From the NCBI GenBank assembly GCA_030390025.1, contig CM059429.1:80538001-80602000 (forward strand): a stretch of DNA of 64,000 nucleotides, in the 5' to 3' direction. Position 1 is the first letter of the stretch; every line of letters begins with the position of its first letter. A model generated the notes under the pieces. The model was not told where the DNA came from and ran no database searches. It saw only the letters and a list, made by a program, of their open reading frames with translations. Source of the DNA: Squalus acanthias. Taxonomy: Eukaryota. The position numbers were made by a program, and so were the translations under genes. This document shows positions 1-12,600 of this stretch, piece by piece.

Positions 1-818
1 TTTCCTCATGTCGCCTCTGGTTCTTTTTCCAATTACCTTAAATCTGTGTCCGGTGGTTACCGACCCTTCTGCCACTGGAAACAGTTTCTCCTTATTTACA
101 CGATCAAAACCATTAATGATTTTAAACACCTCTATCAAATCTCTTCTTAACCTTCTCTGCTCTAAGGAGAACAACCCCAACTTCTCCAGTCTCTCCACAT
201 AACTGAAGTCCCCCATCCCTGGCACCATTTTAGTAAATCATTTATGCACCCTCTCCAAGGCCTTGATACCTCCCTAAAGTGTGGTGTCCAGAGTTAAACA
301 CAATACTCCAGCTGAGGCCTAACCAGTGATTTATAAAGGTTTAGAATAACTTCCTTGCTCTTGTACTCTGTGCCTCTATGAATAAAGCCAAGGATCCCAT
401 ATGCTTTTTTAACAGCCTTCTCAACTTGTCCTGCCACCTTCAAGGATTTGTGTACACACACCCCCAGGTCTCTCTGTTCCTGCACCCCCTTTAAAATTGT
501 ACCATTTAGTTCATATTGCCTCTCATTCTTTCTGCCAAAATGTATCACTTCACACTTCTCTGCATTAAATTCCATCTGCCATGTGTCTGCCCATTTCACC
601 AGTCTGTCTAAGTCCTCCTGAAGTCTGTTACTATCCTCCTCATTGTTTACTACATTTCCGAATTTCGTATCATCTGCAAACTTTGAAATTAGGCCCCGTA
701 TACCCAAGTCCAGGTCGTTAATATATATCAAAAAGAGCAGTTACTTCATCAAAGAACTTGATCAAGTTAGTCAAATCCGATTTGCCTTTAACAAATACGT
801 GCTGACTTTCATTTATTA

Positions 819-1336
819 TGTAGGGGGTGGTAATGGGGTCAGCCTTCGCCTTCTGACTCAGTGAGCGGTTCGAATCGCTCCCACGCCCCTGGTTCCTAGA
901 CTTTGGACTTATTTAGGGGTTGTGAACAAAAATGCAGTAGACAACAGGTTCTGATGAAAGAATTTTGACTTTATTAAAAGAAAAAGGTAACAAACTTAAA
1001 ACACACTTAATACTTAAACACAGGTTGGGGAACACACGGTACAGGCGAGGGAGAATGACAATATACCAAACAAAAACCTTATCCCTCCCAAAGATCCCAT
1101 TATCTAGCTAGGTTTTTGGTTTCAGGAGATCAGGGATAATGCTCACCAACGAATCCTTGACAGGATTTTAGAGTCTTTTGATTAAAAAATTTCGTAAGGC
1201 CCTTGTTGCTGCGAAGTGTCCGATGGTCACTGAGGCAGTCACTCTGGTTTCTTCTTGTGTGATGGTCTGTATGTGGAGTTGTTGGCGTTCCTTCCTCCTC
1301 CTCCTCATGGCTTGTGGTGTCTTTTGCTGGAGCAGG

Positions 1337-1370
<34 letters not shown>

Positions 1371-2208
1371 GTTCCAGCGAGTCCAAAAGAGAGCGAGCCC
1401 TGGAACAGGCTCCAATTATATTGTGATAGCAAAATACTGCAGATGCTGGAAATCCAAAATAACAACAGAAAACGCTGGAAAAACTCAGCAGGCGAGGCAG
1501 CATCCGTGGAGAGAGAAACGTTTACTCTGTTTCTCTCTCCACGGATGCTGCCTCGCCTGCTGAGTTTTTCCAGCGTTTTCTCCAATTATATTGTCCTTTT
1601 CGTGCCCAAAACCCCTTACTAAAACGGTTTCCTTTAGGTTTCAAATGAGCCCTATTTAGTCCATTGTCTAGTTTTGGTGGGCTTGCCAGTTCTGATGGCT
1701 TTAACTTAGTGTTAAACATGTCCTGATCGTTTTCCGATTTAGGCAAAGCCTTTATCTACGCGCCAAATCTCGTCCCTATTGTCCTAGGTCTTGGCGGGCT
1801 TTTAAATCTGTCCTGTGGATACCTGGTTGATTGGTTTATGATGAAGTACTAAATGTTTTATTGATTTCAGGCCCCTGGCATCCTATGTGGGCCTGGGAAT
1901 TTCAAAAGATGTCTTGGATTATTCATATTTTGATGTGTTGTGAGGCTTTTGGGTTTTGTCTTTTCCTCCTTGATAGGAAGGCAGTGTAAACACACTGCCA
2001 GACAGCTTAATACACTGCCTGGCCACGCCCCTCTGCAGCCTGTCGGTGTCTGCGACAAGGTGTCTTTCCCAACAGTAAGATTCGAAAAGTCATTTTCTTC
2101 AGGGTTTTCTTCCCTGATCTTTAAAAATGTCCAAAACTGAGGGTTTTACCTCAAATCACTTCACTGAGGGTTCTGTTCGCGTTTCTGGGGGATTTTGCGA
2201 AGCCTACA
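819..2208 (-). mobile_element. Solo LTR (Gypsy/ERV-like), copy 1
   Basis: TGTAGG...CCTACA inverted termini; 4-bp TSD ATTA at 815-818 and 2209-2212; minus-strand TATA-like and AATAAA motifs; homologous to 44253-45580. Confidence 0.8.
1425..1580. mobile_element. Penelope-like terminal fragment forming a perfect 53-bp hairpin, inserted in the LTR
   Basis: Arms at 1467-1519 and 1529-1581; 14-bp direct repeat TCCAATTATATTGT at 1411-1424 and 1581-1594; same family as 59931-60266. Confidence 0.75.
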
Positions 2209-3991
2209 ATTAGCCCATACTTTTCCAAATGCCAATTAATTTTGTCCCGGATTATTGACTCTAAAAATATCCCCACCGTTAGGCTGACTGGCCTGTAGTT
2301 GCCGGGTTTACCCCACTCCCCTTTTTTAAACAGGGGTGTAACATTTGCAATCCTCCAGTCCGCTGGCACCACCCCCATATCCAAGGAGGATTGGAAGATT
2401 GTGGCCAGTGCCAGAGACTCCGCAATTTCCACCCTTACTTCCCTCAGTAACCGAGGATACATCCCATCTGGACCGGGTGACTTTTCTACTTTGAGGATTG
2501 CCAACCTTGTAAGTACCTCCTCTTTATCTATTTTATCCTATCCAATATCACTGCTGCCTCCTCCTTTACTGGTACATTGGCAGCATCCTCTTTAGTGAAG
2601 ACAGATGCAAAGTACTCATTTAGTACCTCAGACATGACCTCTGACTCCACAAAAAGATCTCCTTTATTGTCCCTAATCAGCCCCACCCTTCCTTTGACTA
2701 CCCTTTTACTAATTGCGTGTTTATAAAAGACTTTTGGGTTTCCTTTTATGTTAGCCACTAATTTATTCTCATACTCTCTCTTTGCCCCTCTTATTCCCTT
2801 TTAGATTTCCTCTGTACTTTCTATATTCAGCTTGGTTCTCCACTGTATTATGAACCTTACAATTGTCATAGGTCTCCTTTTAACCTCTATAAATTTAGTC
2901 ATCCAGGGAGCTCTAGCTTTGGATGCCCTTTCTTTCCCCTCATGGGAATGTGTCTATTCTGTACCCGAACCATCTCTTTGAAGGCCTCCCATTGTTCAAT
3001 TAATATTTTGCCTACCAATTTTTGATTCCAATCCACCTACGCCAGATCCCTTTTCAACTCACTGAAGTTAGCCCTCCTCCAGTTAAGTATTTTTACACTT
3101 GATTGTACCTTTTCCTTTTCCATAATTATTCTAAACCTGATATTATGATCACTGTTCCCCAAAAGCTCCCCCACTGAAACATGCTCCACTTGCCCCACTT
3201 CATTCCCCAGAACTAGATCCAACACTACTTCCTTCCTCATTGGGCTGGAAACACACTGATCAAGAACGTTCTCTTGTACACCTTTCAGGAATTTCTCCCC
3301 CTATTTTCCCTTTACACTGTTATTATCCCAGTCTATATTAGGATAATTGAAGTCCCCCATTATCACTACAATATAGTTCCTGCATCTTTCTGTAATTTGC
3401 CTGAAAATTTGCTCTTTTATCTCCTTCCCACTATTTGGTGGCCTATAGTATACACCCAGTAACGTAATAGCTCCTCTATTGTTCCTTAATTCTAATCAAA
3501 TCCCTCTCCAGTGCTATAATAGTTTCTGTAATCAATACTGCCACCCCCTCCTTTTTTTCATTCCCTATCTTTCCTGAATACCTTGCAGCCAGGAATATTA
3601 AGTTCCCAAACTTCCCTTTCTTTGAGCCAGGTCTGTTATTGTCACTATATCATGGTCCCATGTGGCGACATGTGCCTGCAGCTCACCAACTTTATTTACC
3701 ACGCTCCGTGCATTTACGTACATGCACTCCAAACCCATCTGAGACGGCTTCGCATTTGCCCATGTCTGATCCCTCCTATTTCTGAACTATTCTTTACTCT
3801 AGTGCTATTTGCCTCTCCCAGTCCTCTGTGCACCTTGTTTCTCCTCTTTAATGTTTCATCCTGGTGCCCAACCCCCCTGCCAAATTAGTTTAAACCCTCC
3901 CCCACAGCACAAGTTAACCTTCCCGCGAGGACATTGGTCCCAGCTCTGTTGAGGTGCCACCCGTTCACATTGATCAGGTCCCTCCTGCCTC

Positions 3992-6009
3992 AGAAACATA
4001 GAAGATAGGAGCAGGAGTAGGCCATTCGGCCCCTCGAGCCTGCTCCGCCATTTAATGAGATCATGGCTGATCATCCAAATTCAGTACCCTGTCCCTGCTT
4101 TCTCCCCATATCCCTTGGTCCCTTTAGCCTTAAGAAATATATCTATCTCCTTCTTGAATATATTTAATGAATTGGCCTCAACTGCCTTCTGTGGTAGAGA
4201 ATTCCACAGGTTCACCACTCTCTGGGTGAAGAAATTCCTCCTCATCTCAGTCCTACATGGCTTACCCCTTATCCTTAGACTGTGACCTCTGGTTCTGGAT
4301 TCCCCCGTCATCGGGAACATCCTTCCTGCATCTAGTCTGTCTAGTCCTGTTAGAATTTTATAAGTTTCAATGAGATCCCCTCTCATTCTTCGAAACTCTA
4401 GCGAATACAAGCCCAATCGTCCCAATCTCTCTTCATACGTCATTCCTGCCATCCCAGGTATCAGTCTGGTGAATCTTCGCTGCACTCCCTCCATGGCAAG
4501 AACATCCTTCCTCAGATAAGGCGACCAAAACTGCACACAATACTCAAGGTGTGGTCTCACCAAGGCTCTGTACAACTGCAGCAAGACATCCTTGCTCCTG
4601 TACTCTAATCCTCTCGCTATGAAGGCCAACATACCATTTGCCTTCTTAACCAACTGCTGCACCTGCATGCTTACCTTCAACGACTGGTGCACAAGGACTC
4701 CCAGGTCTCGTTGCACTTCCCCTTTTCCCAATCTATTGCCGTTCAGATAATAATCTGCCTTCCTGTTTTTGCCACCAAAGTGGATAACCTCGCATTTATC
4801 CACATTGTACTGCATCTGCCATGTATCTGCCTAATCACCCAACTTGTCCAAATCATACTGGAGTTTCTCTGCATCCTCCTCACAGCACACACGCCCACCC
4901 AGCTTTGTGTCGTCTGCAAACTTGGAGATATTACATCTAGTTCCCTCGTCTAGATCATTAATATATATTGTGAATAACGGGTCCTAGCACCGATCCCTGC
5001 GGTACCCCACTAGTCACTGCCTGCCACTCGGAAAAAGACCCGTTTATTCCAACTCTTTGCTTCCTGTCTGCCAACCAGTTCTCTATCCAAGTCAGTACCT
5101 TACCCCCAATCCCATGTGCTTTAACTTTGCACGCCAATCTCTTATGCGGGACCTTATCGAAAGCCTTCTGAAAGTCCAAATACACCACATCCACTGGTTC
5201 TCCCTTATCTATTCTACCAGTTACATCCTCAAAAAATTCCAGTAGATTAGTCAAGCATGATTTACCTTTTGTAAATCCATGCTGACTTTGTCCGATCCTG
5301 TCACTGTTTTCCAAGTGCTCTGCTATTACATCTTTTATAATGGACTCTAGCATTTTCCCCACTTCCGATGTCAGGCTTTAATTCCCCGTTTTCTCTCTCC
5401 CACCTTTTTTAAATAGTGGGGTTACATTAGCTACCCTCCAATCCATGGGAACTGTTCCAGAGTCTATAGAATTTTGGAAGATGACCAGCAATGCATCTAC
5501 TATTTCTAGGGCCACTTCCTTAAGTACCCTAGGATGTAGATTATCAGGCCCTGGGGATTTATCGGCCTTCAATCCTGTCAATTTCCCTAACACCATTTCC
5601 CTACAAATACTGATTTAATTCAGTTCTTCCCTCTCATTAGACCCTATGTTCCCTGACATCTCTGGGAGGTTATTTGTGTCCTCCTTTGTGAAGACAGAAC
5701 CAAAGTATGTATTTAATTGGTCTGCCATTTCTTTGTTCCCCGTTATAAATTCCCCTGATTCTGACTGCAAGGGACCTACGCTTGACTTCACCAATCTTTT
5801 TCTCTTCACATATCTATAGAAGCTTTTACAGTCAGTTTTTATGTTCCCTGCAAGCTTACTCTCATACTCTATTTCCCCCCCCCCCTCTTAATTAATCCCT
5901 TTGTCCTCCTTTGCTGAATCCTAAACTGCTCCCAATCCTCAGGTTTGCTGCTTTTTCTGGCCAATTTATATGTCCTCTCCTTGGATCTTATGCTATCCCT
6001 AATTTCCCT
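3992..6009 (-). mobile_element. Younger 5'-truncated CR1 LINE nested in the older CR1
   Basis: RT ORF fragments at 4081-4815, 4958-5362 and 5378-5596; 3' tail ...ctcctatcttctatgtttct. Confidence 0.93.
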
Positions 6010-6522
6010 TGGTCCCAATGCCCCAGGAATCTAAAGCCCTCCCTCTTGCACCATTTCTCCAGCCACTCGTTAACCTGTTTTATCCTACTATTCTTATATT
6101 CACTAGCACGTGGGACTGGGAGTAATCCAGAGATTACTACCTTGGAGGTCCTGCTTTTTAACTTCCTCCCTAGCTCCTGAAACTCTGACTGCAGGACCTC
6201 AACCCTTTTCCTTTCTATGTCATTGGTTCCCACATGGACGACGACTTCTGGCTGTTCCCCTTTCCCGCGCAAAATGATCTGCATCCTCTCAGTGATGTCC
6301 TTTCCTACATGCCGTATTTCCTACATTACAACAGTGACTATGCTTCAAAAGTACTTAATTGGCTGTAAGTGCTTTGAGACGTTCTGAGGTCGTGAAAGGC
6401 ACTATATAAATGTAAGTCTTTCTTTATTTTACTCTGGCACCAGGGAGGCAACACACCATGCGAGACTCATACCGTCGGTTGCAGAATTTCCTGTCTATCC
6501 CCCTAACTATCAAATCCCCTAT
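6010..6522 (-). mobile_element. CR1 ORF1 (SGNH esterase) fragment, split by a SINE 3' fragment at about 6301-6425
   Basis: VIGDLIVRGIDRKFC...VCCLPGARVK and EVVVHVGTNDI...VVISGLLPVP. Confidence 0.85.
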
Positions 6523-7630
6523 GACCAGCAGAATCATTACCAGCACCTGCTGTCTGAAAAAATGGGAGCAGTGGTTATGATCTGAAATTGTTGAACTCGA
6601 TGTTGAGTCTGGAAGATTGTAAAGTGCCTTCCCGTGCTTGTAAAATTGAAAGATGAGGTGCTGTTCCTCGAGTTTTATTGGAACAGTGCAGAAGGCCAAG
6701 GACAGAGAGGTCAGAGTGGGACAGAGACTTAAAATGGCAAGTGACCAGAAGCTCAGGGGCAAGCACCCAATCTGCATTTGGTCTTCCCAATGTATAAGAG
6801 CCCATATTGTGAGCAGCAAATACAGTATACCAAATTGAAAGAAGTACAAGCGCTGTTTCACCTGGAATGAGTGTTTGGGGCCCTGGAAGGTGGGAAGGGA
6901 GGAGGTGAAAGGGCAGGTGTTGCATCTCCTGTGCTTGCACAGGAAGGTGCCGTGGGGAGGGAAGGGGGTGTTGGGAGTGATTGAGGAGTGGACTAGGGTG
7001 TCGCGGAGGGAACTGTCCCTTTGGAATGCTGAAAGGGGAGGGGACAGGAAGATGTGTTTGGTGGTAACATCGCCCTGGAGATGGAGGAGGATGATCCGTT
7101 GAATGTGGAGACTGGTGGGGTGGAAGGTGAGGACTAGGGGAACCCTATTGTGGTTCTGGGAAGGAGGGGAAGGGGTGAGGGCAGAAGTGCGGGAAATGAG
7201 ACGGACATGGTCGAGGGCCCTGTCAATCACAGTGGAGGGGAATCCTCGGTTGAAGAAAAAGAAAGACATATCGGAAGAACTGGTGTGGAAGGTGGCATCG
7301 TCAGAACAGATGCGATGGAGATGGAAAAACTGGGAGAATGGAATAGAGTCCTTACAGGAAGCGGGGTGGGACGAAGTGTAATCAAGGTAGCTGTGGGAGT
7401 CGATGGACTTATAGTAGATATTGGTTGACAGTCTATCCCCAGAAATGGAGATAGAGAAGTTGAAGAATGGAAGGGAAGAGTCGGAGATGAACCATGTGAA
7501 GGTGAGAGAAGGGTGGAAATTGGAAGCAAAGTTGATTAAAAAATTCCAGTTTTTGGCGAGAGCAGGAAGTGCTACCAATACAGCCATCAATGTACTGGAA
7601 AAAGAGGCGAGGGAGGGGACAGAAGGTAAA
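6523..7630 (-). mobile_element. Penelope-like retroelement, decayed RT thumb and GIY-YIG region
   Basis: YIDG (YIDD-like) motif; FHPSLTFT..SLPF; IYYKSIDSHSYLDYTSSHP; C..RRCNTCP; frameshifted GIY-YIG remnant. Confidence 0.85.
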
Positions 7631-8597
7631 TACATGGAAACTGGGGGAAGGGGCAGTAAGACAGCCTTTGAAACAGAACTGACCCACAATACATCCTGGC
7701 CGTAAAGATACAGATGCTGAGCCAGGAAGCAGAGATTTGGAGAGGTGACTAAAAAAACAAAATCGAAGGAATGGAGTGTTTGGAAAGGGATATTGGGTGG
7801 AGAAGGTTGCAGTGATAGGATGGATCAAGGTCATGGGGGGGCGGGGGGGCAGGGATATAAAGATGAGGTAAGAATGTAAGCTTAATGCTTTGAGGATGAC
7901 GAGTTAGTGTGGGTCAAATGAAGACACGGGTGATGGATGAGTGTGACTTAATGTGACACTCTTCTTGCACTCTCTTCTATTCAACATCACACTCCTCCTC
8001 CTCCCACTCTACAACTCAGTAGAAGCTGACACTCCTTCCCCACCCCCATTAAAGCTGACACTCTTCCCACGCCACTCCCAAAGCACTGCTCCTGAATTCT
8101 ACCCGAGCCAAATCTGCGGCCCCTGCCAGGGGCAGCAAGCCATGTCCAATAGGCAGCTTGCCTGTTACAAGCCGAAGAGCTCAGCCTCCCCATCCCCGTC
8201 CGACTGGAACAAGGAGCTGCCCGTCAATGCCTCCAAGTCCCAGCGGCGGAGAGCAGAGGCTCAGCTTGGGGCAGGTTCTAATAGTGGTGGGGAGGGAGGA
8301 GAGGGGAGGGAAATGTTCTTGGTGCCCAGGGCCCCCAGAAATCTTAATTTTCTTCTGTTCAGTAGAGAGGGCAGAACCACTTCCAAAAAATGCTGATGAG
8401 CCAAAGGAGATAGAAGATGGTGGGGGGTGGTGACCAAAACCTTGATCAAAGGCATGGGTGAAGGTGAAGGTACAGGTGGAGGGGGTTTAGGGAGTGTGGC
8501 TACTGACATCTAGACCTCTGCCCTCACAAGTATGCTGGATGATTATTTAATTAAAAACCTCTCCCAGCCCCCAGCATATAGTCTATGGGGTTGGCAG

Positions 8598-9045
8598 TGT
8601 CATCTGTGGCAAAATTCGCATCTGACTCAGAAGGTTGTGGGTTCAAGTCCCACTCCAGGGACTTGAGCACATAAAAAGCTGGGCTGACACTCCAGTGCAG
8701 TGCTGAGGGAGTGCTGCACTGTCAGAGGTGCCGTCTTTCAGATGAGACGTTAAACTGAGGCCCCGTCTGCTCTCTCAGGTGGATGTAAAAGATTATTTCG
8801 AAGAAGAGCAGGGAAGTTATCCCCGGTGTCCTGGCTAATATTTATCCCTCAACCAACATCACTAAAACAGATTATCTGGTCATTATCACATTGCTGTTTG
8901 TGGGAGCTTGCTGTGCGCAAATTGGCTGCCGCGTTTTCTACATTACAACAGTGACTCCACTCCAAAAGTACTTCATTGGCTGTGAAGCGCTTTGAGACGT
9001 CCTGAGGTGGTGAAAGGCAGCGATAGAAATGCAAGTTTTTCTTTC
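8598..9045 (+). mobile_element. tRNA-derived DeuSINE (SacSINE1-like)
   Basis: B-box GGTTCAAGTCC, central core gatgagacgttaaac.gaggccc, L2-like 3' tail; matches several other copies in the window. Confidence 0.85.
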
Positions 9046-9049
9046 ACAG

Positions 9050-9600
9050 AGACAGGAGGCCTGCGCCACAAGCGGCGCCCCATCCTGTTGGTCGACCTTG
9101 AATTGAATGGGGCGGGGTTGCCATGGCAGCGGGCCTGCCAGCGGTGCGCATGCTCGGTGCAGCGCCTTGCGAGCGGGCTGAAGGATGACAAGATGGCGAC
9201 CGCGATGTACCTGGAGCATTACCTGGACAGTGAGTGCGGCGGGCCGCTGGGCCCAGCGCCGGGCCGCCGACAGCCATCGCGCTAGTCACCGAGGCTCAGC
9301 CAGCCGGTTGGCTCGGTCCCCTGGGAGCGGGCCCTGGCGAGCCGCGTGTCTGCGGCGGCAGGCGGCCTTACTCGAGCCGGAGGGGGGAGGGTGGCGGGCG
9401 AGCGGCTCCGCTGGGCGACCGTGCGGACCGGCGCTCAGCAGCGCCACTTCGGGCCCGGCTCCTCTGTGCTTCCTGCACAAACCGGCGCTGCCGAGTGGCG
9501 AGGCTTTTCTTTTAAGTTTCGAGAAGGTTCAGGAGATTCCGGCCGCCCTCGGTCCGCACTGCGCATGCGCAAAAAGAATTGCCCTGCTTTCTTCCCCCCC
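9050..9600 (+). promoter_or_regulatory. ING5 CpG-island promoter and 5' region
   Basis: CpG-dense. GC box GGGGCGGGG at 9109-9117; RFX X-box-like GTTGCCATGGCAGC at 9117-9130; NRF1-like TGCGCATGC at 9145-9153; YY1-like AAGATGGCG over the start codon; perfect NRF1 palindrome TGCGCATGCGCA at 9560-9571. Confidence 0.75.
9193..9229 (+). CDS. ING5: ING5 coding exon 1 ([12 protein letters not shown])
   Basis: aagATGGCG start in a CpG island; donor gtgagt at 9230; 37 nt. Confidence 0.95.
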
Positions 9601-12600
9601 ACCCCCACAAAGAGGCTGCAAGTATGTAAACACCTGGGAGACTGCAACAGAGCTGGCAGGGGGGTAACAGGCAATGATGTGCAATAGTGCGGGCAGGGGG
9701 GTAACAGGCAATGATGTGCAACAGAGCTGGCAGGGGGGGTAATAGGCAATGATGTGCAACAGTGCGGGCAGGAGGGGTAATAGGCAATGATGTGCAACAG
9801 GGGGGGGGTAACAGGCAATGATGTGCGGGCAGGGAGGTAACAGGCAATGATGTGCATCAGTGTGGGCAGGGGGGTAACAGGCAATGATGTGCATCAGTGC
9901 GGGCAGGGGGGGTAACAGGCAATGATGTGTACAGTGCAGGCAGGGGGTTAACAGGCAATGATGTGTACAGTGCAGGCAGGGGGGTAACAGGCAATGATGT
10001 GTACAGTGCAGGCAGGGGGGGTAACAGGCAATGATGTGCAACTATGCGGGCAGGGGGGTAACAGGCAATGATGTGCGGGCAGGGAGGTAACAGGCAATGA
10101 TGTGTACAGTGCAGGCAGGGGGGTAACAGGCAATGATGTGTACAGTGCAGGCAGGGGGGTAACAGGCAATGATGTGTACAGTGCAGGCAGGGGGGTAACA
10201 GGCAATGATGTGTACAGTGCAGGCAGGGGGGTAACAGGCAATGATGTACAACTATGCGGGCAGGGGGGTAACAGGCAATGATGTGCGGGCAGGGGGGTAA
10301 CAGGCAATGATGTGCAACGGGGGGTAACAAGCAATGATCTATAACAGTGCGGGCAGCGGTTATAAGGGGCAAGGATCCACAATAGTACGGGCAGGGAGGG
10401 ATAAGGGGCAAGGATCTGTAGTGCGGGCAGGAGGGCATGTGGGGCAAGGATCCGCAATAGTGCGTACAGGTGTTTTAATGGGGAGTGATCCTCAACTATT
10501 CCAATGCTCTCCTGACTCCAAACCTTCTCCACCTTCTATAAACTTCAGCTGATTCAACACTCTGCTGGCCATATTCTATCCCGCTCACCCATCACCCTTG
10601 TGCTTGCTGACAACTACGGTTGCAGTAAATGGGCACATTTTTAATTGAACTCTTGATTTGCAGATTCTCCACACATGATTACATTTTAACTGCTTTTTCA
10701 TTGAATTGGTCGTTCAGCTCACTGCTGTTTGTGAAATCTTGCTGTGTGCAACAGGCTGCCACGTATGCTTGCATAACAATTCGACGCACTTCAAAATAGC
10801 TCACTGGACATGAAGTGTTTTGAGAGCTGCACGAAGGTGCTATACAAATGCAAGGTTTTTTATGTTTTGCCCCTGCTTTCAGAACTGTCAACTGGATGTG
10901 GTATTTATAACACAAAGAGCAACAGGAATAAAACCCTAAACATATGGAGCTGTTTTATTTTTATAGAGCAAAATAAATCAAAACAGACCAAAATTAGTAA
11001 TCAAAGCTTCTAATAAATGTCAGTTGGCATGCCAACACCCAGCAGATTTTGACCCATCCATCCTCCAGCAGACTTCCCATTAATACCACCTTCGTAATAA
11101 ATTCTCAATTACATCCCCCCTTACACACAAACACTCCTGCTATATTTCTCCCATACTTTGGCAGGTTCTGTTGGATTTCCCCAGCCTGCACTTTAGTTAA
11201 TGGCTCCTCCCCAATCATTTCCCCCTTTGCTCATACTTTGGCTTTCCTCCAGCCCACACTATGGCAGATTCCCTGTTGCATCTCCCCTGCCCACACTATT
11301 GTGGACTCTCTTCATTTTGCTTACATAACTGCACTCCAAAAGTAATTGATTGTGTGAAGCGATTTGAGACATAAGCGCAAGTCTAGTTTCTCATTCCATT
11401 CCCTCCTGCCCGCACTCTTGAGGATCCTCCTGTCTGTCCACCCCAAAATGGACTTTTGCAGATCCTTGCAATTCCCCGACTGCACTTTCGCATATTCTTC
11501 TGTTATGTTTCCCCACTGCCCACAATTTTTAGATTATGTAATCATCAGTGTGGAGAACCTACAAACCTAGGGTTCAATTCAAAATGTACCCATTTCCTGC
11601 ACCAGTAGTTAAGATGCTTAATTTGAAAATGTGCTTGCAGTGAGAATGAAAACTTAAGCCACCTCTGCTCTGACAGGTATTGAAAACCTTCCCTGTGAGC
11701 TTCAGCGGATCTTCCATCTGATGCGAGACCTGGACCAGAGAACTGAAGGTGCGTACAACACGATTAGGGAATATGTGTCAAACCTTTGGGGGTTTGGGGT
11801 TTCATTGTGCTGTGCAGTGTAGTAGTGGATCACATCATAGTGAGCTTTCAGAGTTTGGCATGAAGGTGTGAATGTATCTAAGCTTTTAATTGGAGCCCTC
11901 AATTGGTGTTTGGTCTCCTACTAACATACATAACTTAATTTTCCAGGCAGCTCTGTAGCAGTTCTGGAAATTATTTTCCAATATCCGTTTCAATTCAAAC
12001 AGTGACCTGCAAAGCTATTTTTTTTAACTTATTAAAGTAAGAAATGTAAGCAGTGGGTGTTGGAACATTTCCCAACAGAATCATAGTTATCCCATTGAGT
12101 CTTCTCTGGTGTTCTTCTGTACATGCCACCGAGTCTTATCTCGCTCTCCTTCCTGCTTGCTTCCCGTATCCTTTAATATTCCTCTTTTTCAAGCAACTAT
12201 GCAATCCCTTTTAAAAAGTACTCATGGAGTCTGCTTAGGTGATTATCTTAAATTTATGTCCTTATTACTGTCTCTCTGACCAATGGAAACAATCTAAAAC
12301 TATTTACCCTGTCATAACCCTTAATGATCTTGAAGTCCTCTTAACAGATCTAACTGGTCTTGTACAAGTTCAACTTACCTCCTTGCTTTTGTATTCTATG
12401 CCTCTAGATACAATACCAAGGATTGCATTTGCCTTTTTATAGCCTCCTACTGCATTGCCACCTTTAACGGACACCAAAGTGCTTCTGCTCCTGTGTGCTT
12501 TTTAAATCATACCAATTATCTTATAAAATGTTGGCATTCATATTTTACCCTTTTTTTTTAATGTTTAATATAAATGGCCTGGTTACTTTCACTGTCCTAA

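Larger units (their letters stand above)
1..3990 (-). mobile_element. CR1-clade LINE, decayed ORF2 (APE endonuclease and RT), interrupted by a solo LTR at 819-2208
   Basis: Minus-strand fragments [38 protein letters not shown] and LDLVLGNE..LGNSDHN. Confidence 0.92.

Noticed and set aside
6424-7689. 421-aa ORF as a host gene
   Set aside because: A chance chimera of decayed Penelope RT and CR1 ORF1 sequence.
9121-9130. Strong-Kozak ATG (gccATGg) at 9123 as the ING5 start
   Set aside because: Out of frame with ING5 and part of an X-box-like promoter motif, probably upstream of the TSS.
9435-10532. Cys/His-rich ORFs resembling metal-binding proteins
   Set aside because: Antisense translations of the intron 1 minisatellite.
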